Assembly: GCA_963826715.1 (NCBI GenBank)
Contig: CAWGYA010000007.1
Location: forward strand, 32,001-96,000
DNA length: 64,000 nucleotides
Reading direction: 5' to 3'
Origin: Candidatus Bathyarchaeota archaeon
GTDB taxonomy: Archaea > Thermoproteota > Bathyarchaeia > Bathyarchaeales > Bathycorpusculaceae
Shown: in pieces, positions 42,510 through 52,210 of the stretch
How positions within the stretch are numbered: position 1 is the stretch's first letter
Layout: every line of letters begins with the position of its first letter
Notes under the pieces: model-generated
What the model was told of the DNA's origin: nothing
What the model saw: only the letters and a program-made list of their open reading frames with translations
Databases searched by the model: none
Position numbers and translations under genes: made by a program

Positions 42510-43857
42510 GCAGGCAAAGTTTCTTTTGTTGCTTGATTATTTGGAGGCTTTGTTTGGTGGCGCTGCAGGAGGCGGAAAGTCGGATGCTTTGCTTATGGCT
42601 GCTGCGATGTTTCTGGATGTTCCAGGGTATGCCGCGATTATTCTTCGGCGTAGCTTCACTGACCTGAATAAGCCTGGCGCTTTAATCTCGAGGAGTTTTG
42701 AGTGGTGGGGTAAGACTGCTGCTCGTTGGGATGGGATTAATCATACATGGCATTTTCCTTCGGGTGCATCGTTGACTTTTGGTTTTTTGGAAAATGATCG
42801 GGATGTTTTTCATCATCAGAGTGCAGAGTACCAGTTTGAGGGTTGGGATGAGATCACCCAGTTTACCGAGTATTCTTATCGTTACATGATAAGTCGTATG
42901 CGTCGGCTTAAACGGTTTGAGTGGCTTCCTCTGCGTGTTCGTGCTGCATCCAATCCGCCTCATAAGATTGGGAGCGTTGTGCAGGGGTATTGGGTTAAGG
43001 GTTATTTTTTGCCCTGGTTTGTTTGCCATCGTTGCGATTTTAAAATGCAGACTGAAAACTTAGATCTCTCAATTTGCCCTGAATGTAATAGTTTTGATAG
43101 TCATGTTGAGTTTAATTGTGATGAGGAAAGCGGTGAGCCAAGGATCTTTATTCCCTCAACTTTGGATGACAACATTTTCCTCGATAAGACAAGTTACATT
43201 AAAAGTCTAAATCGGCTGGATCCGATTACCCGTGAGCAGCTGCGTCGGGGTAGCTGGAAAGTCAGTTCAAGCGGGATGCTTAAGCGGGAGTGGTTTGTTA
43301 ACGGCAAAGAGCGCCTACTTATTGATGCTTCTGCTGTGCCTGAGAAGGCTAGGCGGGTGCGTGTTTGGGATTTGGCTTGTACTGAAGAGGGCGAGGCTCC
43401 TGATCCTGACTATACAAGCGCTCTGAGAGCTGCTATGGTTGAGGGGCACATGTACATTGAGGATGTTAGGCGTTTTCGTGGCAGTCCTTCAAGGATTCAG
43501 AGCGAGATGGCGGCTTGTGCAGAATTGGATGGTCAAACAATTCCTATTCACATCGAGCAAGAAAAGGGCTCAGCTGGTAAAAACTTGATTGATCTCATTA
43601 GCCGCACTACCTTGTTGGGGTATGTGGTTGTTAGTGAGTCGCCGACTGGTGAGAAAGCTGTCAGGGCTACTCCGTTGGCGAATGCTGCTGAGCGTGGGCA
43701 CGTGCATTTGGTGCGTGGCCAGTGGAACAGTGCTTTCCTAGACGAGGCGGAGTTTTTTCCCTCGGGCAAACATAAGGACCAGATCGATACGGCTGCTTAT
43801 GCCTACAACATCTTAGCAATGGTTAAGAAAAGACCCAAGGCGGCAAATGCATCATGA
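42349..43857 (+). CDS. terL: terminase large subunit
   Basis: PTPKQ, GGAAGGGKS Walker A, GWDEITQF Walker B, ASNP, VWDLA nuclease, FPSGKHKDQID. Confidence 0.95.
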   Translation: MSLTKPNTCSSQNTPVSYRKLQLLTAIFQEYVLENPWIPNRPHPITGKSGPTPKQAKFLLLLDYLEALFGGAAGGGKSDALLMAAAMFLDVPGYAAIILRRSFTDLNKPGALISRSFEWWGKTAARWDGINHTWHFPSGASLTFGFLENDRDVFHHQSAEYQFEGWDEITQFTEYSYRYMISRMRRLKRFEWLPLRVRAASNPPHKIGSVVQGYWVKGYFLPWFVCHRCDFKMQTENLDLSICPECNSFDSHVEFNCDEESGEPRIFIPSTLDDNIFLDKTSYIKSLNRLDPITREQLRRGSWKVSSSGMLKREWFVNGKERLLIDASAVPEKARRVRVWDLACTEEGEAPDPDYTSALRAAMVEGHMYIEDVRRFRGSPSRIQSEMAACAELDGQTIPIHIEQEKGSAGKNLIDLISRTTLLGYVVVSESPTGEKAVRATPLANAAERGHVHLVRGQWNSAFLDEAEFFPSGKHKDQIDTAAYAYNILAMVKKRPKAANAS

Positions 43858-43994
43858 AGAAACGTTTAGGAAAAATCTTTGCAGGCAAAAACAGAGTTCA
43901 GATTGCGGATCGCTTTGCAGATTTTGACCCAGAGTTCAAAGACCTGCAGAAGCAGGGCGCAATTAGGGTTTTAAGTACTGCATCGGATCGGTAG
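43854..43994 (+). CDS. small hypothetical protein (46 aa)
   Basis: ATGA overlap with the terL stop; fills the gap to the portal gene. Confidence 0.45.
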   Translation: MKKRLGKIFAGKNRVQIADRFADFDPEFKDLQKQGAIRVLSTASDR

Positions 43995-44000
43995 AATATC

Positions 44001-45344
44001 TTGAGTGAGAAAAAATCTTCCTGGAAGGGGTTATCGCATTACGCTAAAGTGCTAGTTTACGGCAGCACAGTAAGTTCTCCAAAGATAGGCAAAGGCGACT
44101 TCGGAACCTCCAATACCCCAACAGACAGCGAAAACTATGCAAGTATGGATAAGGATTACCGTTGGTTCCGCCAAGATGAGCTCGTACGCAGATGCACAGT
44201 CATTAATGCTTGTTTTACTGCTTTGGCAGCTGGGTTCGAGACCACTCTTGAGCCAACAAAGCCCATAGTTGATGAGAACGAAAAGAAAGCCTTCTTAGAG
44301 AAATATCAGTACATCAAAGATTATGTCGACGCAATCAACAAAGCAGTAAACTTTGACCAGGTTCTCTTTGTAGCCCAAATTAAACGCAGCATCTTTGGGA
44401 AATGCGGGTTTGAGATCGTCTTTAAAACCGACGGCAAAACTCCCGCATACTTGATTAGTCTTCAAAGCCCAAAATTAACTCCCAAGAAAAACAAGGACTG
44501 GGAGCTCACCGGCTTTAAGTACACTGGCATCAAAGAGGGCTATGACGTCGATGAAGTCCTATATTTTGTTAACACTCAGCTAGAGAATGATTTCTTGGGG
44601 TTAAGCGATGTTGAACCTATCCGTTCAACCTGCAAAGCCAGAAATTACTTGCTCGATAAGGATTTTCCCGAGATTACCCGTCGTCTTTGGGCGCCCTATA
44701 CTTTGCTTGAAGCCGATACAGCCGATATGGCTGATGATGATGAGACCGCTTTTCTGAAAGATCTGGCAAAGATCGCAGAGGCGGGCAAGAGCACTGCAAT
44801 TAACAAGTCTGTCACTGCGCAGGTGGTTGAGTTCCGCATTAATTTAGGAGGTCTTGTGGCGTTGATGGATAAGCTTGAGGAAGGAGTTATCCGAGCGTAT
44901 GGCACGCCGCGTTTTCTGATTAACAAGACGCCTGAGAACAGGGCAACTGCTTATGTTGAGTTTGAAGCCTATGTTGAGGGGGTTATCAAGCCTAATCAGC
45001 GTTACTTCAAGCGTCTTTTGGAGTCGGAGATGTGGTATGATCGGCTAGCGAGGCTTGCTATGGAAGAGCATGGGGAGAAAATCGCTAAAGGAGTTGCTCT
45101 TCCGGTCAAGGTTAAGCAAAATTTCAAGCCAGTTAAGGCCTCTGACATCTATGCGATGGCGACGGCGGTTGCAAGTCTCTACGGTAATGGCAGCGGAGTT
45201 TTAGCTGAGTTTCCCGAGATTGCTTTTGAGATGATGAATTGGGACCAAGAGTTGCTTAAGGCAAAAGAAAAGTCTCCATCGCCTGGCAAAGCGTCAGTTG
45301 TTAAGGGCGAAGATAAGGTGGGGCATCCTACACAAAATAGTTGA
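44001..45344 (+). CDS. portal protein
   Basis: Position after terL; SIFGKCGFEI, DEVLYF...GLSDVEP, RAYGTPRFLI, NRATA patterns; 447 aa. Confidence 0.85.
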   Translation: MSEKKSSWKGLSHYAKVLVYGSTVSSPKIGKGDFGTSNTPTDSENYASMDKDYRWFRQDELVRRCTVINACFTALAAGFETTLEPTKPIVDENEKKAFLEKYQYIKDYVDAINKAVNFDQVLFVAQIKRSIFGKCGFEIVFKTDGKTPAYLISLQSPKLTPKKNKDWELTGFKYTGIKEGYDVDEVLYFVNTQLENDFLGLSDVEPIRSTCKARNYLLDKDFPEITRRLWAPYTLLEADTADMADDDETAFLKDLAKIAEAGKSTAINKSVTAQVVEFRINLGGLVALMDKLEEGVIRAYGTPRFLINKTPENRATAYVEFEAYVEGVIKPNQRYFKRLLESEMWYDRLARLAMEEHGEKIAKGVALPVKVKQNFKPVKASDIYAMATAVASLYGNGSGVLAEFPEIAFEMMNWDQELLKAKEKSPSPGKASVVKGEDKVGHPTQNS

Positions 45345-45382
45345 AAGCACAAACTTCATAAAGACTCATAGGCGCTCTACAC

Positions 45383-46789
45383 TTGAGAGAGAAAATGCCT
45401 AAATCAATAATATCCTCTGCACTAATTGCTATACTACTTAGCACATTCTTTGTTACCATCAACATGGATTTTGGGTTAGCTCAAAGTGGCAATATTAGTG
45501 GATCGATAACATCCAACACAACCTGGACACGAGCAGGAAGTATCTATCAGTTCACGGGTGATGTAACTGTGGCTAAGGGTGTAACGCTTACAATTGAATC
45601 TGGTGCGAGAGTGAGTTTCTCCGAAAGGTTACCATCGAAAGATTTGGTTGGCAGAGACACCTACAAGGTAGTTTCTCACTCTTTAGTGGTGGATGGTACG
45701 TTGTTAGCCAATGGAGCCGACCTCTTTAGCGAATATGGTTCTGCAATTGTCTTCTCGAACACTAGCATAGGTTCAAAGATTGAAAATACTAATGTTGATA
45801 TTTCGCAGATTTTTGTATGGGGTTCATCCCCTCAACTTGTTCACAGTTCATTCTCTGGTCACTTGTCAATTAACGGTGGCTCACCAGTAATTGATACTAA
45901 TAAATTGGGATTCACTTGGATAACAGTCGATGGCGGCTCACCCAAAATATCGCACAATACAATCGCCGACAGTGACACTCACAGCCGCCCATTTCTTTCC
46001 CTATCCGGTGCAAACAGCGCAACAGTCTCCAACAATCAAATCAGCGGGCAATTTGGTTTAGCAGCGGTTATTGTGGATTCAGGGAACCCAGTAATTGAAA
46101 AGAATTTTATCAGTAATCATAACACTGAGATTTGGCCGCTAAGAGCAGTTGGTTTAATCGTTAATGGTACTGCTAACCCAGCCATAAGAAGCAACACCAT
46201 CGCCAACAATAAAATCGGGTTAGTCGTCTTTGACACTCCAAATTCATTGACGATTACAAATAATAATTTTGAGCAGAACAGTCAATATAACATATACCTT
46301 GGACAAGAAAGCGTCTATGGAACAACCGCGCCAGACATCAATGCAGCGAACAATTGGTGGGGAACCACAGACATTGCTATAATTGCTCAATCAATCTTTG
46401 ACCACAAGAACAACAACAACCTCGGAAACGTAACAATTGAACCAATATTAACCGCCCATAACGCTGATGCAATGCCGAATGATTTGCCAACCAGCACTAC
46501 GTCTACTCCTCAACCCACAAACCCTCTTGACCCAACTGCGACTCCTACCAACCCAACAGTTGCGCCCTCACCGAGCACCAGTTCACCTTCCCAGACCCCA
46601 GTAATATCGCAAGAATGGCTCTACACCATAATCGTCGGCTTGGTATTAGTAGTGGGCGTTTTGGCTGTAACCCTAATCATAGTTATCTCTCGACATCCAA
46701 AAACATTGAAAACTCCACCGCCCCTCCGCTCTTTAAGTCATAAACTACTGTATTCCCATAAAAATACAAATATCCAAAATCAACTTTAA
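45383..46789 (+). CDS. cargo: secreted right-handed beta-helix surface protein with PT linker and TM
   Basis: Signal peptide, NTTWT, SPxIxxN repeats, INAANNWWG, PT linker, TM. Confidence 0.8.
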   Translation: MREKMPKSIISSALIAILLSTFFVTINMDFGLAQSGNISGSITSNTTWTRAGSIYQFTGDVTVAKGVTLTIESGARVSFSERLPSKDLVGRDTYKVVSHSLVVDGTLLANGADLFSEYGSAIVFSNTSIGSKIENTNVDISQIFVWGSSPQLVHSSFSGHLSINGGSPVIDTNKLGFTWITVDGGSPKISHNTIADSDTHSRPFLSLSGANSATVSNNQISGQFGLAAVIVDSGNPVIEKNFISNHNTEIWPLRAVGLIVNGTANPAIRSNTIANNKIGLVVFDTPNSLTITNNNFEQNSQYNIYLGQESVYGTTAPDINAANNWWGTTDIAIIAQSIFDHKNNNNLGNVTIEPILTAHNADAMPNDLPTSTTSTPQPTNPLDPTATPTNPTVAPSPSTSSPSQTPVISQEWLYTIIVGLVLVVGVLAVTLIIVISRHPKTLKTPPPLRSLSHKLLYSHKNTNIQNQL

Positions 46790-46929
46790 CTCTAAAATAG
46801 TTCCTCATTTGAGGATTAAGGTATTATCAATTTTTAGTCATTGCATAACTTTTCTGTCCTTAAGTTCACAGTTTAGACTTTCCATTTTGTTGTTATAACC
46901 GCTTTCAAAATAAATAGAGGTAAAATTGT

Positions 46930-47985
46930 TTGTCAAAACAGCAAAACCATGAGCTAGTCTTCATTGCGGGTCTGCACCGGCTTGACGCTGCCAACAAGAA
47001 GGCAGTGTTCTACTTAATGAATACAAGCCGAAACCGGAACCGCTGGGGAGTCACACAAAAAGCGCTCGATGAGGCTTTGCCTTCGTTGTTAAAGAAGCCT
47101 CTGGGCTTGGGTAAAGATTATCAGCTGGGGCATTTTCCCGATGAGCAGAGCATCAATGTTGGGGTGTTCTCGGCTTTTGAGAATAAAGGCAACTACGCTT
47201 TGGGCACCGTAGACATAACCGATGATGAAGCCCTAGCGATGCTTGAAGCTGGCGAGTTAGGACCAATTAGTTCTGTCATTTTTCCCTATTATGATACTTG
47301 CAGCGTTTGTGGTGAAGTCTTAGATGCCAATTGGGAAAGTCACCCTTGCATAACCGAAAATAAGGCGTTCTCAGAAGTGCAATCGTTCGAGTTTCATAGG
47401 TTTGATTTTGTTGATGTGCCAGCGTATCCGCAAGCAGGCTTCATGAATTTTGCCTCTAAACGTGAGGATAAGAGTGTGCCTCTTGCGCTTTTGGCAGGCA
47501 TCTACAGCAATTCACGGTCTCCAATTTTACAGGAGCAAAATAAAGTGTCCGAAAAACAAGAGAAAGAGAATGAAAAAATAGCGGCGCTTGAGCAGAGGGC
47601 AACCAAAGCTGAAGCTGACCTCAAGAAAGCACAAGATGACGCATCAGCCAACGCAGCTAAAGTCAATGAGCTCAGTGCAGAACTCAAAGCTATCAAAGAC
47701 GAAAAGCACACTGGTCTAGTAGAGCAAGCCTACCGTGTACGTGTTGAAGCTGGCATTGCAGGCGAAGAGAAAGCAGACCGAGAAATGCTTGCTGGGTTAG
47801 ATGATAAGAATCTTAAGCTTTTCACAGTTGAGGCTCAGAAAATTGCTAAAGTTGTTTCTACTCAAGGGCATCAATCCCCCAAGAACAAGTATCAGGCGGG
47901 TGAGGAAGATGAGCTTGCAGCTGCAGTCGCAGCTAAAAGAGCAGAGCTCGGCTTGCCCGAAATAAAAAAACAGGAGAAAAAATAA
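46930..47985 (+). CDS. prohead protease-scaffold fusion
   Basis: NRNRWGV, CSVCG...HPC knuckle, FDFVDVPAY, C-terminal coiled coil; upstream of capsid genes. Confidence 0.75.
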   Translation: MSKQQNHELVFIAGLHRLDAANKKAVFYLMNTSRNRNRWGVTQKALDEALPSLLKKPLGLGKDYQLGHFPDEQSINVGVFSAFENKGNYALGTVDITDDEALAMLEAGELGPISSVIFPYYDTCSVCGEVLDANWESHPCITENKAFSEVQSFEFHRFDFVDVPAYPQAGFMNFASKREDKSVPLALLAGIYSNSRSPILQEQNKVSEKQEKENEKIAALEQRATKAEADLKKAQDDASANAAKVNELSAELKAIKDEKHTGLVEQAYRVRVEAGIAGEEKADREMLAGLDDKNLKLFTVEAQKIAKVVSTQGHQSPKNKYQAGEEDELAAAVAAKRAELGLPEIKKQEKK

Positions 47986-47986
47986 T

Positions 47987-48451
47987 TTGACGTTAGGAGA
48001 TTATGGACTCAAATCCGCTCTTCTTGTCGTTGAAAAAATGACCATGAAGAGCAACACCGACGCAGTAAAGGGCAAACTCTACGCTGACGACGGCGCAGGC
48101 TTAGTTCTCGCAACCGCTGCCCTAGCAGTAGTAACAAAGGTTGTTATGGCAAACGAAGATCACGACTACAGCGAAGAAACAGACCACGACATCAGCGTAA
48201 CCGTAGTGGGCTTGGTTGAATGCGCAAAAATCGCAGGCTCCGGCTTAGCACGTAAAGGCGACAAAATCATGATTTCCGCAACAGCAGGAGAATGCACAAA
48301 ATTCGTAAAGGGCACAGTCTCCCAAGCAAACACTTTTGCAACCGCAACTGATCAAGCAGCCATAGACACTAACTTGGGCAGAATCGGAACAGCCTATGAA
48401 ACCTCAGTCGACGCAGATACCACACAGAAAATGTGGTTAGGAGTCTTCTAG
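47987..48451 (+). CDS. capsid decoration/cement protein
   Basis: Small beta-rich Ala/Gly protein between scaffold and MCP. Confidence 0.6.
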   Translation: MTLGDYGLKSALLVVEKMTMKSNTDAVKGKLYADDGAGLVLATAALAVVTKVVMANEDHDYSEETDHDISVTVVGLVECAKIAGSGLARKGDKIMISATAGECTKFVKGTVSQANTFATATDQAAIDTNLGRIGTAYETSVDADTTQKMWLGVF

Positions 48452-48452
48452 T

Positions 48453-49406
48453 ATGTCTCATCCAATCAGGGTCTTTAAATCCGCTGTAGACGGCAAATTC
48501 TACAAAGCAAACTACACTGAACGAGGAAGAAACGCAAGCTTAGCTGCAGGCGGAATCGTTTCCCCAAGCGATATTGAAGCTGTCGAAGCCGTAACAATCC
48601 TGGAGCAAGTCTTAGGCTACGCATGGCCCAACTACAACCTACGCTCAATATGCCGCACCATCCAGATGGATAATCTGCAAGAACGAATCGACATCGCAAC
48701 CAAATCGACAGGTCAACGCAAAGTTAAACCTATGCAGGAAGCCGAGATCAGCAAAGACGCATTCGCACCAGTGAATTTTGACCTATGGAAGAACGTTGTT
48801 CATGTTGCAGTGGCAGATGAGGCAGGCATGAAATCAGCGCACAACATCCTGCAGCTCCAAACTGAAGCTGCTGGCAGAGATCTAGGCCGCATGGAAAACC
48901 TCGACATCAAAGACATAGCCGAAGCCTGCACAGAAAAAACAGCGAGTACCCCATATGTGGATTGGGCAGCCAAGACAAGCGGTATAAGCACAAACGATCC
49001 CTTCGATGCTATCATTCCCGCCATCGATTACATCCAGGGAAAAGGCTGGCCCGTTGACTTCATGGCATTGCACCAAACACTGTACAGCAAATTCATACGC
49101 AACACACACGTCCGAGAACTTGTTCATGCGGGCATTGCGAGTTTGGGTCCAAACGGCGGCGCCTTCACATTGCCAGGGTACCCAACAGTTAAGGTTGTCA
49201 CTGACTTTGCATTGACAGAAACTCCGGATGGCACTCATGGTCCACTCATTGGCAGTTCAGTTGCTCCAGGCTTAGTTTTCGGTGAAGGTCCAACGATGGC
49301 AGCGCAGTACCGCGACGAAGTGAAAGGTTTTGATGGCTACATCATCCGTAAGTGGCAAGAGCCCAAAGTCGTCATACAAGATGCTATCACCAAAATCTGC
49401 ACCTAG
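48453..49406 (+). CDS. major capsid protein (HK97 fold)
   Basis: 317 aa; LRSICRTIQM, KVKPMQEAEI, AGRDLGRMENLDI long helix; T-rich terminator follows. Confidence 0.8.
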   Translation: MSHPIRVFKSAVDGKFYKANYTERGRNASLAAGGIVSPSDIEAVEAVTILEQVLGYAWPNYNLRSICRTIQMDNLQERIDIATKSTGQRKVKPMQEAEISKDAFAPVNFDLWKNVVHVAVADEAGMKSAHNILQLQTEAAGRDLGRMENLDIKDIAEACTEKTASTPYVDWAAKTSGISTNDPFDAIIPAIDYIQGKGWPVDFMALHQTLYSKFIRNTHVRELVHAGIASLGPNGGAFTLPGYPTVKVVTDFALTETPDGTHGPLIGSSVAPGLVFGEGPTMAAQYRDEVKGFDGYIIRKWQEPKVVIQDAITKICT

Positions 49407-49429
49407 ACCTCTTTTTTTCTTTTTTGTGA

Positions 49430-50050
49430 TTATTTTGGTAATGAGATCCCGTCGATGGGATCGTATGGCGCATAATATAGGTACTCACCTGGTAGAAAGG
49501 GTCCCGGGACCTGAGCCTTGTAGAAGACCATCTGTAAGCCATCTCCCATGAAGAATATGAAGTTCCAGGGCGTTCCCGAACGGAAGTAGATAGTGCTGCA
49601 GTTTATGGATTTGGCGGTGGCAGCGACTTCTGCATATGAAGTGAGCTGTGTGGCGCCTCCGCCATGGCGGTAGTAGTATTGGCCAGCATCAACCACGATC
49701 AAGCCTTGTGACTGCAAGTCGTTGACGTACCATTGTACTTTGGTTCTTCTTTCAGCGGACGCCAAAGCGTTTGGGGTAAGCAACACGACAAGCAGAATAG
49801 TGCTTGTCAGAAAAATGGCTGCAATTATTTTCATGCTCTTTTGGCTGGGGCTTCTTTTCCACAAATAAAAGAGCATAGGGATTCCTGTTCCCAGAATTAG
49901 TCCCAAAGATAACAGTTGAGTAATCGGTCCCCAAGGGCCAGGAGAATAGTTTGAACGTGGGTATCCCCATTCCAAGAGCGCATCCACTGTAATACCTATG
50001 ATTATCAAATAGCAGATTGCAATGGCTGCCTTCTTTATCTTAGACTGCAT
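49430..50050 (-). CDS. cargo: three-TM membrane protein with extracellular C-domain, antisense to virion genes
   Basis: Three hydrophobic segments; own TTTATAAG box. Confidence 0.7.
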   Translation of the reverse strand: MQSKIKKAAIAICYLIIIGITVDALLEWGYPRSNYSPGPWGPITQLLSLGLILGTGIPMLFYLWKRSPSQKSMKIIAAIFLTSTILLVVLLTPNALASAERRTKVQWYVNDLQSQGLIVVDAGQYYYRHGGGATQLTSYAEVAATAKSINCSTIYFRSGTPWNFIFFMGDGLQMVFYKAQVPGPFLPGEYLYYAPYDPIDGISLPK

Positions 50051-50223
50051 TGATTTTCTAATTTATTGAAGAATCAGGTTTGCTTATAAATTCGCTGCCT
50101 GTAACGACTCCCTCAAGGGTGTTGCTGCTGTGCCGCTTCTTGTTCTGTTAATGGTAAGTTGCAGGTTGATTTGATGCCTTAGAACTGGTAAACATGATGT
50201 TGATGGATATGGGGTGATATGCT

Positions 50224-50583
50224 TTGGTTTCTGTTTGTCCTGACGATGTACGCGACGTACTAAATGTTACTTCCTCGGAGATTAGTGATGCCCAAGTTGC
50301 GAAGATGCTTAAAAGGGCAGCGGTAACTTTGAGCCTTGAGCTTTTTGTTGAGATAGACTATGCAGACTGTACTGATGCACAAAAAGAAGCAATTACACTC
50401 TTGGCCGCCGTTTATGGGATCTGTTTTTTGACTGGAGGTTCAGCGATGGGCTTGAACTTTCAAGTAGGCGACCTTAACGTTAATCAATCTTTCAAGGCGC
50501 CCAGCTTAGATGTGCTTGAAGGCGAGTTTTCCCGTCTACTTAACAAGTTAAAGCGAAAGCCGCCCAAAATTGTGGAGGCTTAG
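50224..50583 (+). CDS. head-tail adaptor (gp15/gp6-like)
   Basis: VCPDDVRDVL...ISDAQVAKMLKRA helical pattern; follows MCP. Confidence 0.7.
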   Translation: MVSVCPDDVRDVLNVTSSEISDAQVAKMLKRAAVTLSLELFVEIDYADCTDAQKEAITLLAAVYGICFLTGGSAMGLNFQVGDLNVNQSFKAPSLDVLEGEFSRLLNKLKRKPPKIVEA

Positions 50584-50587
50584 TTCT

Positions 50588-52210
50588 GTGGGTACGGTTC
50601 CTGATGCGTATTTTCAGTTTGTGATGCATTACGCCCCCTACTATTACGTGGTTCCCACAAATTTGGCGGCAGATGCGGCTGCTGGGCAGAGAAACGTAAC
50701 TGTCACAGATGGTTCGAAGTTTCAAGCCGATTTTCCTGTTGAAATCAAAGATTCCGCTTATAGCGAGTGGGGCGAAGTTGAAAGCGTACTTGGAAACGTT
50801 GTAACACTCAAGAGTAATCTAGCCAACAGCTATTTTATTTCAAAGGATGGGCTTGTGGAGGGTCCTGACCCTGCGTTTGGTCGGGGTACTTTTGCTGCTG
50901 CGTTTGCCATAGAGTTTCTTTGTGAAGCCAACTCGGCGCCTCAATTTTCTGGGGTGCAAGCAGATATTTTAGCCAAGATTGTTAGTCTCTCGGATTGGCT
51001 GTTAACTCAGCAATGCACCGATATAGAGCGGACGGCGTATGGCGGCTTTAAGAGCGGGGAGTCATCGACTGATTATTGGAGTATTGATGCTGGCAGAGCT
51101 ATTCCCGCACTGCTGAAGGCTTACGAGGCGACGGCAACGGCTGAATACTTGGATGCAGTAAAGTTGGCGGGCTATCCTTTTCTATACAATATGCAGCGGT
51201 TGCCGGTGGTTTTGGGTTTGCATGACTGCTACTATGGCGGCTTTGCTTCCTATGTTACCATCGGTGACGGCTGGGAGGCGTCGATGTATGTCGAGAATCT
51301 CTATTGCCTCATAGGCTTAAAGATGCTCGCCGACACCTACGACACCACAAACGCTCCAACCTACAATAGCGTGATGAGTGACGCGGCTGCTTTTCTTCGA
51401 GACGGCTTAGAGGGGCTTTGGCTTTATTTCTATCCGTTGCCCTCTGGGGATGGCGCTTGGCACCGGGTCGGCTTGAATGGCACCGAGGTTTATGATGACC
51501 CGATAAGTTTCGCCCTGCTGGGTTTGTACACTTATGAGGGATGGACGGCTAGTTGCCAACGTGTCTATAACAGCGTGCAGAGTATCAAGGCAAGCGGTCA
51601 ATATCCCGCATATGTTCCTGATGTTTGCTGGCCCGGCTACATAGACGTGGTTTCAAGGTTTCCCGCCTGCAGCTACTATGACGGCGTCACCATTGGGATT
51701 TTGTGGAAAATCCGAAGAGACCGCGACCCTCCAGGCTACAAGTTAGCCCATGACATTGCTGAGAAGTACGCCGATGAATTCATGAATTGGGGGCCAATCT
51801 TCACGGATTATATTCCGATTACGCCTGCCAAAGCTATGGCGAATGTAAGCTGGATCGCCAGGATGTTTCTAAACTATCAAGAGCCTGCAACCCAATTTAT
51901 GAGGATTCTTAAAAGTAAGGGTGAAGCGGTTCTACTTTATCCAGTGCGCCAAGCTGTGGAAAGCGTTGATTACGGCGATCCTCTTGAGTTGATCGCTCTA
52001 TTTTCTCAGCTCAAAGCTGAACAGGTCCTCATAGAGCCCGGGTACTACATGAATGACTATTTGGCGTTCTACACGTTTCTGCCCGTGCGCAGTCATGACA
52101 AGATCAGGCGGCAAGGCGAGGACTACGAGGTGCAAACTGTGTCGCCTTCTACTTTTGGTAATCAGCGGCTTTACTTCAAGAGCCTGGCAAGGAGGTTGCT
52201 TACTAGTTGA
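50588..52210 (+). CDS. neck protein: alpha/alpha-barrel enzyme-like domain fused to C-terminal head-closure-like domain
   Basis: WLLTQQ..YGGF, IDAGRAIPALLKAYE..EYLDAV repeats; C-terminal VRSHDKIRRQGEDYEVQTV stopper-like motif. Confidence 0.6.
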   Translation: MGTVPDAYFQFVMHYAPYYYVVPTNLAADAAAGQRNVTVTDGSKFQADFPVEIKDSAYSEWGEVESVLGNVVTLKSNLANSYFISKDGLVEGPDPAFGRGTFAAAFAIEFLCEANSAPQFSGVQADILAKIVSLSDWLLTQQCTDIERTAYGGFKSGESSTDYWSIDAGRAIPALLKAYEATATAEYLDAVKLAGYPFLYNMQRLPVVLGLHDCYYGGFASYVTIGDGWEASMYVENLYCLIGLKMLADTYDTTNAPTYNSVMSDAAAFLRDGLEGLWLYFYPLPSGDGAWHRVGLNGTEVYDDPISFALLGLYTYEGWTASCQRVYNSVQSIKASGQYPAYVPDVCWPGYIDVVSRFPACSYYDGVTIGILWKIRRDRDPPGYKLAHDIAEKYADEFMNWGPIFTDYIPITPAKAMANVSWIARMFLNYQEPATQFMRILKSKGEAVLLYPVRQAVESVDYGDPLELIALFSQLKAEQVLIEPGYYMNDYLAFYTFLPVRSHDKIRRQGEDYEVQTVSPSTFGNQRLYFKSLARRLLTS

